The translations under genes were made by a program, and so were the position numbers. The notes under the pieces are model-generated. The model saw nothing but the letters and a program-made list of their open reading frames with translations, ran no database searches and had not been told where the DNA came from. A stretch of 64,000 nucleotides of DNA. Origin: Octopus vulgaris (lineage: Eukaryota). Location: assembly GCA_951406725.2 (NCBI GenBank), contig OX597816.1, forward strand, positions 9,734,001-9,798,000, written 5' to 3'. The first letter of the stretch is position 1. Every line of letters begins with the position of its first letter. Positions 38,365 through 50,901 of this stretch are shown here, piece after piece.

Positions 38365-39140
38365 TGTGTGTGTGTATATATATACATATATACACACACA
38401 TATACATATGTATATGAGAGCTGGCAGACAAACTATTGAGTGATATTTCTTCTGGTTCTTTATGTTCTGAGTTCAAATCCTGCCAATGCCTCATCTCTTT
38501 TTGGGTTGATAAAATACAGCATTAGTCAAGTACTGGGGGTCAATGAAATTAAATAGCTCCCCCACCTCCTCCAAATTTCAAGTTTTGTGCGTATATATTC
38601 AATATGGCCCTCAGGATGATAGGATAGGATTTAATCAAAAATCGGTCACTATTTCTAGCACACTGAGTAACTGTATAAAGCCCTGTTTGTCAATACGTAA
38701 AGGAAAGTGTGGGAAGTATTGGTCGGGTTATATCTAACACTAGACAAGTGGTGATTTCCTGTATTGCTGATCTGTGCTACACTGACAAATGGATGCTAGA
38801 ACAAGTCCTGATGATCATGGTAATGATATAGTGCAGCTTTTGGAAAAAGAAACACATTTAATTAATTGTACAGTTTATATTGTAATAAAATACATGTTTG
38901 CCTATTGCTTGCCACATAGCAATTACTTTCCATGCAAGTTCGATAATAATCACATTCTCAAAGTTAATAGTTCACAGTGTCATATTGATAATTGATTGAC
39001 TTTTCTGTTGCTAATGTCATGAGAAATTTATAAACTGATTAATTAGATAAGGGAGCTGCCTGCGCTCTGGACATCAGCATTGATTAAGGTCAAATCCATT
39101 CTGAAATCTTTTGAAAGGCTGTAACATTAATAAGCTAGAA

Positions 39141-39178
<38 letters not shown>

Positions 39179-39417
39179 AGTAAGTGCAGGTTTTGTGGTT
39201 AAGAAATCTTTTGCTATAAACATGCGGTGCCTGGTTCAATCCCTTTGCTTGTCATCTTGGGCAAGTAGTTGCTTCTACTACATCCCTGGGTTAAGCAAAC
39301 TTTTGTGAATGAATTCGGTCAATGGAAACTGAATATACACACACATGCATGGGTGCACATACACATACAAATACACATGCACACATGCACGCACACACAC
39401 ACACACACTCCCTTTAC

Positions 39418-40628
39418 TCTTTCTCTTTTACTCTTTTACTTGTTTCAGTCATTTGACTGCGGCCATACTGGAGCACCGCCTTTAGTCGAGCAAATCGACC
39501 CTGGGACTTATTCTTTGTAAGCCCAGTACTTATTCTATTGGTCTCTTTTTGCCGAACTGCTTAGTGACAGGGATGTAAACACACCAGCATCGGTTGTCAA
39601 GCAATGCTAGGGAGATAAACACACACACACTCGCACACACACACACATACGCACACATGCACTCACTCACACATGTATGCATACACGCACACATGCATGC
39701 ACACACACACACACATACACTAATGTTGAGACTGAATGCTTAACATTGCATTGGTGGATAAATACTCTTTATTTGTAGGTTCCCACATGGGAATGGTGTT
39801 AGATATATATATATAGGTGCAGGATTGGCTGTGTGGTAAGTAGCTTGCTTACCAACCACATGGTTCTGGATTCAGTCCCACTGCATGGCACCTTGGGCAA
39901 GTGTCTTCTACTGTAGCCTTGGGCCGACCAAAGCTTTGTGAGTGGATTTGGTAGATGGAAACTGAAAGAAGCCCATTGTATATAAATATATACACATATA
40001 TATGTGTCCCCCTGCCATCGCTTGACAACTGATGTTGGTGTGTTTACGTCCCCATAACTTAGCAGTTCAGCCAAAGAGACTGATAGAATAAGTACTAGGC
40101 TTACAAAAAATAAATTCTGGGGTAGATTTGTCCAACTAAAGGTGGTGCTCCAGCTTGGCTGCAGTCAAATGACTGAAACAAATAAAAGAACAAAATAATA
40201 TATATATAGGCGCAGGAGTGGCTGTGTGGTAAGTAGCTTGCTAACCAACCACATGGTTCAGGGTTCAGTCCCACTGTGTTGCATCTTGGGCAAGTGTCTT
40301 CTGCTATAGCCCCGGGCCGACCAATGCCTTGTAAGTGGATTTGGTAGACGGAAACTGAAAGAAGCCTGTCGTATATATGTATATATATGTATATATGTGT
40401 ATGTGTGTTTATGTGTGTGTGTTTGTCCCCCTAGCATTGCTTGACAACCGATGCTGGTGTGTTTACGTCCCCGTCACTTAGTGGCCCGGTAAAAGAGACC
40501 GATAGAATAAGTACTGGGCTTACAAAGAATAAGTCCCGGGGTCGATTTGCTCGACTAAAGGGGATGCTCCAGCATGGCCGCAGTCAAATGACTGAAACAA
40601 GTAAAAGAGTAAAAGAGAGAGTAAAGAG
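39418..40628. mobile_element. Cluster of family A SINEs: 39418-39715 (-, tail half), 39815-40190 (+), 40208-40628 (+)
   Basis: Homology to 2485-2883. Confidence 0.9.
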
Positions 40629-40685
40629 TATATATATATATATATATATATACTTTATTTAAAGCAGCAGAAAATTCAACAAAAC

Positions 40686-40723
40686 CTGTTACTCTGAGTT
40701 TCCCGTTGCCGTTCATCGGACAG
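40686..40723 (-). ncRNA. Minimal type I hammerhead ribozyme motif (Penelope-type, variant core)
   Basis: CTGT-CCGATGA-ACG(GCAA)CGG-GAAA-CTC(A)GAG-TA-ACAG: stem I, core, GNRA-capped stem II, palindromic stem III, GUA site. Sits in a (TA)n-flanked remnant at 40651-40735. Confidence 0.6.
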
Positions 40724-40777
40724 TTTTTGCTAGAATATATATATATAATATATATGTATATATATATATATATATTC

Positions 40778-40915
40778 AAATGCAGTGCTGCATGCAAAAC
40801 TGCCAAACCCATCTAGGATTGTACAGCAACAGCAGATGCAGCACCACCATTGGCAGCTGACACAAATTTTCCAGGCACAGATCTATGGTCTCTTGAGAGA
40901 AATGGATATATCATC
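40778..40915 (+). mobile_element. RTE LINE 3' end remnant
   Basis: With a frameshift, reads KCS-CMQNCQTHLGLYSNSRCST (zinc-knuckle remnant). Confidence 0.6.
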
Positions 40916-40978
40916 ATCATCGTCATTGATTTATGTCCACTTTCCATGCTGGCATGATGCAAGATGCCTATTATTATA

Positions 40979-41696
40979 TTGGGTTGGTGCATAATTATTG
41001 CGGCTTTTTTTCAACAAATTTTATTTAATACAAACAATATTCGATGAGTGGCATCTGTGCTAGTAGAGCGCTAAGAGTACCATATGAGTGAGATGGTTGC
41101 CAGAGTAAGAAGCCAGCCTCTGTGCCGATGGTACGTTAAAAACACCATTCGAGCGTGATCATTACCTGCATCATCTTACTAGCACTTGTGTTGGTGGCAC
41201 GTGAAAAGACATTCGAGCAAGGTTGTTGCCACTGCCACTGGACTGGCTCCTGTGCAGGTGGCACATAAAAAGCACCATTTGGGCATGGCCATTGCCAGTA
41301 CCGCCTGACTGGCCCTCGTGCCAGTAGCATGTAAAAGCACCCACTACACTCTCGGAATGGTTGGCATTAGGAAGGACATCCAGCTGTAGAAACTCTGCCA
41401 GATCAGATTGGACTCTGGTGCAGCCATCTGGTTCGCCAGACCTCAGTCAAATCGTCCAACCCATGCTAGCATGGAAAGTGGACATTAAACGATGATGATG
41501 ATAATAACAATATTTAACAAAAACATTGTTAAATGACGGTCTGACTGTCTGCCAAGCAAATGGGAAGCAGTAATTGAAATAGATGGTGAGCATGCTCCGG
41601 AATAATCATTTAAAGATGTTTTTGTTACATGTTGTTATTGTTTTTGTTGAATAAAATTTGTTGTAAAAAAGCCGCAATAGTTATGCACCAACTCAA
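40979..41696 (+). mobile_element. mariner non-autonomous element containing a family B SINE (41043-41501)
   Basis: TA|TTGGGTTGGTGCATAATTATTGCGGCTTTTTT ... AAAAAAGCCGCAATAGTTATGCACCAACTCAA|TA. Residual transposase end LPSKWEAVIEIDGEHAPE*. Confidence 0.9.
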
Positions 41697-44600
41697 TAAT
41701 TATAATTATTATGATTATTTTATTGTGTCTGGGGAGAGTCATTTGCTTTTAGTGCCTTATTATTTAATACACTCCCCACTTCAATTTCCATTCATTTAAT
41801 TATTTATTATGATTATTATATATATGTATGTATATGATAAAAGACTAGGACTTATATAATCACTTTCACTAGATTACGGCTATTTCTGCTATAAGAAACC
41901 TTGAAGTCATGTCAGACTGACATTCAGCTCTTCATGCATGGTTCCTTAAATGGTAAATAACTGTAAGCTAATGGAAGTGATTACGTAACTCCTGTCCTTT
42001 TGTCATTCATTTATCAATATTACACTCTGTACTGACCTTTAGGTTTATGAGTCTGAAGCAGAAAATTTCAGAGAATTATCCCCACAAGAATTTACTAATT
42101 CTGTTAAGTAGAAGAACACTGAGCTCTGACAACAGTTTATTATGGAAAATAGGAATTTGTGTGTATGTGTGTGTGAGTGCAAGAGCGAGAACTTGCCTTG
42201 AAATCATGCGATAGTTGTAAATGAGTGTTACCATCAATATTTTGTGAAAACGCATTTAGAGGTAATATTATCTTGGTAACAGGTGAGGGTTGGTGATAAA
42301 AAGGGCACCAGACCATAGAAAATCTGCCACAATGAACTCTAATCCATGCAAGCATGGAAAAATGGACGTTAAAACTATGATGATGAATATGGAATAAGTA
42401 ATACAGAGCTATAAAAGAAAGAGATTGGATGTAGCGTAAAGTCAGATAAGTGTAAGCATGTTTATGATTAAGAAACGTTGCTTTACAAATACATCCAAGT
42501 TTGATTCCTGTTTACAGAATTTGGGGCAAATGTCTTCTTCTGTCTTGGGTTGATCAATTCCTTAAGAGTGGAATTTAACACTTTTGTTACCTTTTATTAT
42601 TTTACTTATTTTTGGAAATTAACATAAAATTTTAAAGCATGAAATTTATATCCTAGAACCTGGGACAGCCTCAGGCATGTTGGTACCAAGGGTTAATGGA
42701 TGGTAACTGAACAGAAGTCTTTTCTATATTTATGTATAACAAACACTGGTGCTGTGTTTAGACTGCTTCTTCATGTTCCCTAACTTAGCACTTCTACAGA
42801 ATGTTGAAATAAGTACCAGATTGAATTAAGTACTAGTGTTGATATAGTTAACTAAAACCCTCCATGACAAATACCTCACTATGGCCACTGTTTAATAACT
42901 GAAAACAATAAAACAACTGCAATCTTAATTAACAGAGAGGCAATAGTTTGAGCTAGTACCATATAAAGACAAGTTTTGCAGATAGAAAGTTTAATAAATG
43001 ATTCCTTAAGCAACCATTATTAGGTTATTGTAATGGTTGATTTCAGATTGTCGGAAATTGCCATTGGACAATTCTTAAAGGGAAAAAAAATTTCTTTTAA
43101 TCCTCCTTGCACAACCTACTCTGTCATCTTTTTAATTCTATCCCTCCTTTTACTCAGTCCTATTACTAATCCCTTCTCTGCAATACTCCCTCATCCCCTT
43201 CTCTTATTTACCATCCCTCATCCCTCTACTCAGGATCATTGCCTCCTTTCTCTTTTCCTTCACTTGAAGTATTCACTATAAGCGCTTAACCTTGCAAATT
43301 ATAAAGTGATCTTTACTATCGATAATTCCATGAAAAAAGCACCCGGTTCACTTTGTAAGTTAGTGGATGTTTGGAAGGGGATCCAACCATAGAAGCCATG
43401 ACTTGGTCCTTTAACTCACCAACCCCTGTATAACTGTCCAATCTATGCCAGTATAGAAGCCAGATATTAAATAATGAAGATGTTATGCACATGATCACTT
43501 GGTAAGGGACAAAAATATAATCAACTAATTTGATAGGAGTATATTACTGTTAATATACTGTTGTATTTTGGAAGGATAAACAGCAAGGGTTACTCTAGAA
43601 GTATTTCAATTTCTAATAAAGAGCAGGCATAAATAATTGTAATACATTTAATTAAGTGATCTAGTATTTTTGTCATTATTGTACTCATCATATGGAATGC
43701 TATCATTTTACAAAATATAACCGTTTTAGAGAGAAATGGACATGTCCATTATTTGTAAAAGAACTTCTTCAATCAGGAAAAGTATGAAAAGAGATTCAGC
43801 TGTTAGAGGTTTTTCTTTTTTTTCCTCCCCATTTTGTTTTGCTACAGCATGTTGAAACAGATGAGCCAAGAGGGAATTCTCTATTGATTGACATTCAGAA
43901 GGAAATTAATATTTGTTAATTGTTAGTGAGAGAGATGTGTCAGGATTATTAGTTGGAAAGAGATGAAAATTTATTGGTAGGGTTTTGAATAATGGTGATC
44001 AATGAAGAAAAATAGACAGTTTTTCAAAAGAGAATTTAGAAATTAGATGCGATCAATTAAGAGTATGTCTTGAGTTTATTCATAAAAATGTCACTCCACA
44101 CAGCTAATAATTTAGTATTTCACAAAAAACCTGCATGAAGATTAAATACAATGAACTTTTGAAATGTCATCTTGGATAATCTCTAATGATAAATTAATGA
44201 GAACAATGAATAACACTAATGTTAATTGAAACCACATTGAATTCTATGAAAGCATAATTTCACACCATACTTTCTTTAGAATGGAAACAAACAGAACAAG
44301 TAAATATTGCTACTTTTAATTAGTAAATGTTTGTGATCAAGCAAAACAAACAACAAAAAAGCATAATTTTTGTTATATTTGCAATGATATTCTGTTATGG
44401 AATTATTAATGTTTGACAAGAAAATATTTATTTATCGACTTCATAAATTACTATTTATTCAGCCTTGAAATTTCTGTCGGAAGTGTCCTGAATACTCTAA
44501 CAATTTGAATTTCATTTCAATATAGTAAAACAGTCGAAATGAAAATAGATTATCTTCAGCTTAGCAATTGGAAAGATTATATTAAACAGTTCAATATTTA

Positions 44601-44902
44601 TGGTAATCAGCTAAACAATACAATTTATAAAGTCATTTCCTGTTTAATGATGCAACTATATTAGCAAATGACAGTTGCTTCTGATGCTTTTTATAAAACT
44701 TTATTCCTAAAAATCAATGAAGTTTATTTGTCTGCTATTATTAATCATTAAACTACTACACATACTTTATCAAATATAATATTTTGTCTCATTAAAAGTT
44801 TGATACTACAATCAAGTGTTTTAACATATTGTTTGTAGTAATTTGAGATAAGTTCAATTTATATCTAGTTCTATATTAGATTTGAATTTTACTCTATTAT
44901 TA

Positions 44903-45149
44903 GAGCCAGTGGCACGTAAAAAGCACCAACCGATCGTAGCCATTGCCAGCCTCAGCTGGCACGTAAAAAGCACCCACTACACTCGCAGAGTGGTTGGCAT
45001 TAGGAAGGGCATCCAGCTGTAGAAACACTGCCAGATCAGACTGGAGCCTGGTGCAGCCTCCTGGCTTCCCAGACCCCGGTCGAACTGTCCAACCCATGCT
45101 AGCATGGAAAATGGACGTTAAACGATGATGGTGATGATGATGATGATGA
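44903..45149 (+). mobile_element. SINE family B
   Basis: Homology and (GAT)n tail. Confidence 0.85.
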
Positions 45150-45645
45150 TTAATAGCTCTATCCTTCATAATATGGATTTTTATTATGGACACACTGCCA
45201 CACAGAAGCAGGGTGTGCATCATCATCATCATTTTAGCATCCAACTTCCCATGCTTGTATGGGTCTGATAAAATTCTTTGAGGCACGATTCTATGGCCAG
45301 ATGCTCTTTCTGTCCCCAATCCTCACTTTGTCTCCAAGAAAGGTAACAATTCCCCATGTCTAGATATATTTCCATGGAAGATTGAAAATGAATGACACAA
45401 TTTGTAATGATAGTGATGCTTGTTTAAACTGTCATGTGATGTCAAGAGACATGCAGACACACACATGGCAGACTTCTCTTCAGTTTCTGTCCACTAAATC
45501 CACTCACAAGGCTTAGGTCAGCCCTTAGCTATAATAGAAATTACTGGTCCAGTGTGCCTTGCAGTAGGACTGAACCCCAAACCACAGTATTAAGAAGCAA
45601 GTGTCTTAACCACACAACCATGTCTGCACCTATGAAGCTGATTAA

Positions 45646-45865
45646 CCCTTTAGCATTCAAACCGGCCATATCCGGCCAAAATATTTAACCTGTTTTATAT
45701 TGAAACTGACCAGATCTTGCCTCTCACCTCAGCCCTACCATATCATTCTAAAACTAAAAAATCACATCACTGAAATCTCTAAACTACAAGATAATGCATG
45801 ATTAATTCAAAACGATATAAACAAACAAACATCACATTTGACAGAATAATCTGAACATTAAAGGG
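45646..45865. mobile_element. piggyBac-like MITE
   Basis: TTAA|CCCTTTAGCATTCA ... TGAACATTAAAGGG|TTAA. Confidence 0.8.
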
Positions 45866-48800
45866 TTAAGTACACCAGTACTTGGAACTTTATATGTAAC
45901 TTAGGAATGATGGGGAACAAAATGACTCTGGTGGGATTTGAACTCAGGAACACAAAGTAATACATGCAACTGAATAACTTAGGGCAGTTTTTCCATTGCT
46001 CTATTGATTTTTATATCCAGCTTTCAACTCATCCACCGTATATTTGCGATAATATAGCTTTGGCTGGAGAGGGTGGAGCAGGTACCTTCATGTTTTATTC
46101 CTTTTGTTGACATCTTAATTATAGGACTACTTCCATTTTCTTTGCATGGTGTGAATGAAATATAAAATTAGAAGCTCTTGAAAAGAAAATGTAAAGAAAA
46201 CTGACAATACTAATGGTAATAAACTTCAAAATTTTGTTGTGTCTTGGGGGAAAGTCATTGCACAAATAATAATAACACATGCACACTTTCAATTCTAATT
46301 TATCGTTAGTCCATTGGTTTTGTTTCATCACACAAATTCACTTAAGAATTTTGCAAACCAAATACAAAAACAAACTTTGAAATGTTTATGTAAACCCTAG
46401 CATTCTGAGTGACCCCAGGCCATCAAACTGAAACCTTTTAAATGGTAGACTGGCCCTGAAAGAAACCTGTTATAAGTATGTGTGTATGTGTATATGTACA
46501 TACACATGTGTGTCTTGTCATGACATTGTGTGATGGATGTAAATGAGTGACACCATTGTATAAGCAATGTCCTTCGCTATGAATCTTTTGTGAAAATATA
46601 TCTAACCATTAAGGAATATTATCTTGCTTAGAAACAGGTGAGGGTTGCAACAAGAAAGACATCCCGCTGTTGAATGAAGCGCAATACATGTAAGTATTTA
46701 CGCATATGTTCTTGAACATTTTCATCTCATGAACTGGTATTTCTAGTGTCGCCCTTCCTTCCCACAATAATATCTGGAAAGAAAATATATTAGTATTGAC
46801 AGTAACAACAGTTACACTAATAGAAAATATTTGTAGTTTGATTTCAATTATCTTACTGCTTTCATTATTCTATATTAAAACAACATTAAATACAGTGTGA
46901 TAATTATCAGTAAATGCATCCTGATAATTAGCTGCAAATATAGTGTGGTAATTAGTTAAATGTATGGCATTTCTATTTAATCCATTTAGTTTATATTAAC
47001 ACTTTCATTAATTATATTTCACTTTAAATTTGTATAATATATTCAAGTTTTCAATTTATATTAGCTTAGAAATAGGAGCCTTTATGTGGTCTGCTGACCT
47101 ATTAGAAATAGCAGTCAGTTCCCCATTAAGTCGCATCCTATTATTTTAGGAAAGAGAGGGAGGCATTGGAGAATGTAGTCTTAAGTCACTGCTAGAATGT
47201 TTTTGATTATGATATTTCACTGGATTATATATTTCACCCCTTTAATACCAACCTGCCGAGGACCACCACTGGTTTTGCGATACAATTTTCTTATTTTAAA
47301 GTGATCTAAATTATAACATGGAATTTTAATGGAAGGTTTTATTATGTTCCAAACACCAGCTTAATAATAGCCAAACTATTTTGATAAATTCTTCCTTAAT
47401 TTCAAAAATTAAGTGAAACGAAGGTAGTGCATTTCAATAAAGACGTGGTAACAGAGATTAAAATATAAGGATAGAAATAGTAAATTATTGTCTGTGAATA
47501 TCATGTTACATTTCTCTTTGTTTCAAAGACAATAAAATAATTGCCAACCATTCTATCAGGAAATAAGTGTGCCATCATCTATCTCCTAACTCTGAGTAAA
47601 AATCAAAGACAAGCATGGTCAATGTTGACTGTTAAAAAACACCACCCCACTAAAAGAAAAAAAAACTACAGAAGACTTTCGAGTTATTGGAGGAATATGT
47701 AATTAACATTATTAGGACTGCTGTTTTGGTAATAAGAATTGAAAAGAAAAAAGCTGGCAGAATTGTTAGCACACCAGGCAAAATACTTATTGGTTCCTTG
47801 TTTTTATGTTTTTAAGTTCAAATTCTGCTGAGGTGGACTTTGCTTTTCCTCCTTTCAGAGTCAATAAAATAAGCATCACTTGAGCACTTGGGTCAAAGTA
47901 ATCTAATCAATTGCTGGCCTTGTGCCAAAATTAGAAACTAATATATATAACCATATTATTGCTCCATTTTGAATCTTTGGGCTGTAGATTTAGTTACCAG
48001 GTAAAATAATTTTACCAATTTTAATTCAACAATTCATTTATAACTCGTCTAAAAGATGATGTAAAATGTTTATCTATATTTTTAATAATTTCATTTAATG
48101 GTTTATATGCTGTGTAAACAATTTCTGAACACTTCAAAATATAAATGTTAAACGAATTTCTATCTTTTAGCTAAACTGTATTAAGCTGTAGCAACAATAA
48201 TACATTTAAAAATGTATTTTGTCAAAATAAAGCTGTTACAAATTAGTGGAAAATGCATTAGATTATTTGCCATTCATTTAGAAGTTTCTAGTTTTGCTTA
48301 CTTCTCCTTCTCCCATTTACCGCTTCTCAAAGACTTGCTTATGCAGATTCCTTGTCTTTTAATTCTCACCCTTTTTCGTTTTCCTCTTTACTTTTAGTTG
48401 AGTTAAATGTTTTATTGCAAAATGAAAACAGCATTAGAACTTGTCATTTAATGTCTGTTCAGTCACAAAGTCAATAATATGGTTCGGAATATTTGAAGGT
48501 GATTACTTAAGGCAAGAATTACAAAGAACAATAGAAATAAAGAAGGAAGAGATTAAAATAAAATAATAAAAGTGTATAAATGGCAAAAATAACCAGAACA
48601 AAATGTCACATAAATGACTTTGAATGTTAGTATTGAATAAATGAAATCTTTTATTTTGAAAATGAGATCAGTCTTTTCATAATGTTTGTTCTTAAATTTA
48701 CTCCTTGACCATGCCTTGAGGAATTTTCTTATGTCAGATTTAAACAAAAAAAAAAAAACATTGAATTACTGGAATATAATGGTAAATGTCACCAGAGTAA

Positions 48801-49170
48801 AAGAGTATATTAAATTGAATAGAAAGTATCATCGCTTGTGGGGAAATCTATTCTCTAGAATCTAGACTCTATGCGTACAAGTCTATACGTAAAATGACGT
48901 CCTTTATTTTTTCATCATTTTTACTGACATCAGAATAAGTAGGATATTGAAAAATAAAAATATTTTGTAGGGTGGGAGGGGGGCATTTGTAACTCCAAGG
49001 GTCAAAAGGGGGCATATGGCCAAAATGGGTTGAGAACTTTTGCTCTAGAGTAATGTTAAAGTAACAAGTTGGAGCTGAAATCTCAATATAGGTACCCTAG
49101 AAATCGATAAAAAGCAGTCTTTTCCTAATTTCAGACAATCGAATCTGAAAGGAAGTAATGACATAAAACG

Positions 49171-49709
49171 TCTCATTGTAATGGTCTAACTTCCCTTGTT
49201 TCTCTCAGTGTAATGGTCTAACTTCCCTTGTTTCTCATTGTAATGGTCTAACTTTCCTTGTTTCTCAGTGTAATGGTCTAACTTCCCTTGTTTCTCATTG
49301 TAATGGTCTAACTTCCCTTGTTTCTCATTGTAATGGTCTAACTTCCCTTGTTTCTCATTGTAATGGTCTAACTTCCCTTGTTTCTCATTGTAATGGTCTA
49401 ACTCCCTTGTTTCTCATTGTAATGGTCTAACTTTCCTTGTTTCTCAGTGTAATGGTCTAACTTCCCTTGTTTCTCAGTGTAATGGTCTAACTTCCCTTGT
49501 TTCTCAGTGTAATGGTCTAAATTTCCTTGTTTCTCAGTGTAATGGTCTAACTTTCCTTGTTTCTCAGTGTAATGGTCTAACTTCCCTTGTTTCTCAGTGT
49601 AATGGTCTAACTTCCCTTGTTTCTCAGTGTAATGGTCTAACTTCCCTTGTTTCTCTCACTGTAATGATCTAACTTCCCTTGCTTCTCTCATTGTAATGGT
49701 CTAACTTTC
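49171..49709. repeat. 30-bp minisatellite, 18 units (TCTCA[G/T]TGTAATGGTCTAACTT[C/T]CCTTGTT)
   Basis: Direct reading. No spacers between units. Confidence 0.95.
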
Positions 49710-50149
49710 TTTATTGTAAATATCCTTATTTTTTGAGACTTAGGAGATACCATTATCAAAATTGATTGGTGAAAACACTGTTTTGAATGATACAAATGGC
49801 AGTGTTGCTGCTAGATACACGGGATTCCCAGATCACATTCAGGAAAAGATGATCTGATTGGAATTTGCTCACCATCAGATGTGCCGTCTCTTTGTTATTT
49901 CCGTTTTGCTGCTAACTCTAGCAACTTCAGTTCATAGTTGGTTAGTCTCAGGCCACCTACCTAGGCACTCTCAAATCATTCATCTTTCCTAAAACCCTGT
50001 ACATTTTGAATGTACCCTAAATAAATTTCCTATTCCCAATCCTGTCTTTCTCCACAAATTCTTAAGCTTCTTGAATTCCTTCCGTGCTTTTGATTTTCTT
50101 GCTGTTGTCCCTTGCAGTATTTAAAAAGAACATAAACTACACTGATTCC

Positions 50150-50350
50150 AGTTGTAGCAGAGGGCCTGCAAAGAGCATGGGGCTGGTTATGTAACATTGA
50201 TATAGGCTACAGCTGTGATCTCACATTACTTGTCAAGTCTTATCAATCACAGTATATCTCCAGAGGTCTTGGTCTCTTGTCATTATCTCTGTGAGGCCCA
50301 ACGTTTGAAGGTCATGCTTCACCACCTCACCCCATGTCTTACTGGGCCTC
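50150..50350 (-). mobile_element. RTE-clade LINE 3' end
   Basis: Minus strand RPSKTWGEVVKHDLQTLGLTEIMTRDQDLWRYTVIDKT*, matching the RTE GRP.KTW...V..DL......DR..WR motif. Confidence 0.85.
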
Positions 50351-50801
50351 TACATTAAAGGTATGAGTGTCTGTGGAATACTCAGCCAGTTACATGTTAA
50401 TTTCACAAGCAGGCTCTTTCGTTTATTGGATCAACTGGAACCCTCACGGTAACCGATGGAGTCCAATAATGGATGTCCAATAATAAACACTAATTCTTTT
50501 AGTCAGTTGTTCAAACAATTAACTAAAGAAGTGAGATAGAATCGGTGGATGTGCAAGAACACTTCTGTGATGCAAGATATGTTTTAACATAAGTTCACAT
50601 CAAGAATCTTGCAAACCAAATACAAAAACAAAATATATTAGTTCGCTTGTTGCATTTGAGAGTAACTTGTAAGTTTTCATATTCCACACGTAATCTGTCA
50701 TATTGTCAAAATTTATTTTCACTATTTAAGCTTAAATCGAAAACTTAATTATAGTATTTCTTTTCCCATTCAAAGTTTTATATTTTTGTACCATTTTCCA
50801 G

Positions 50802-50901
50802 ATGTTCTAGTCAGTAATATTATATACATACATCAGATTGTAAATTTATTGATATTGACATTTGTCTTCATTCCTTTTAAATTATTTTATAAATCACAAT
50901 G
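50802..50901 (+). other. Candidate non-coding exon, 100 nt
   Basis: Acceptor TTTTTGTACCATTTTCCAG| and donor AATG|GTATGT. Confidence 0.35.

Noticed and set aside
49171-49709. CRISPR array
   Set aside because: Units are contiguous with no unique spacers, there are no cas genes, and the context is eukaryotic.
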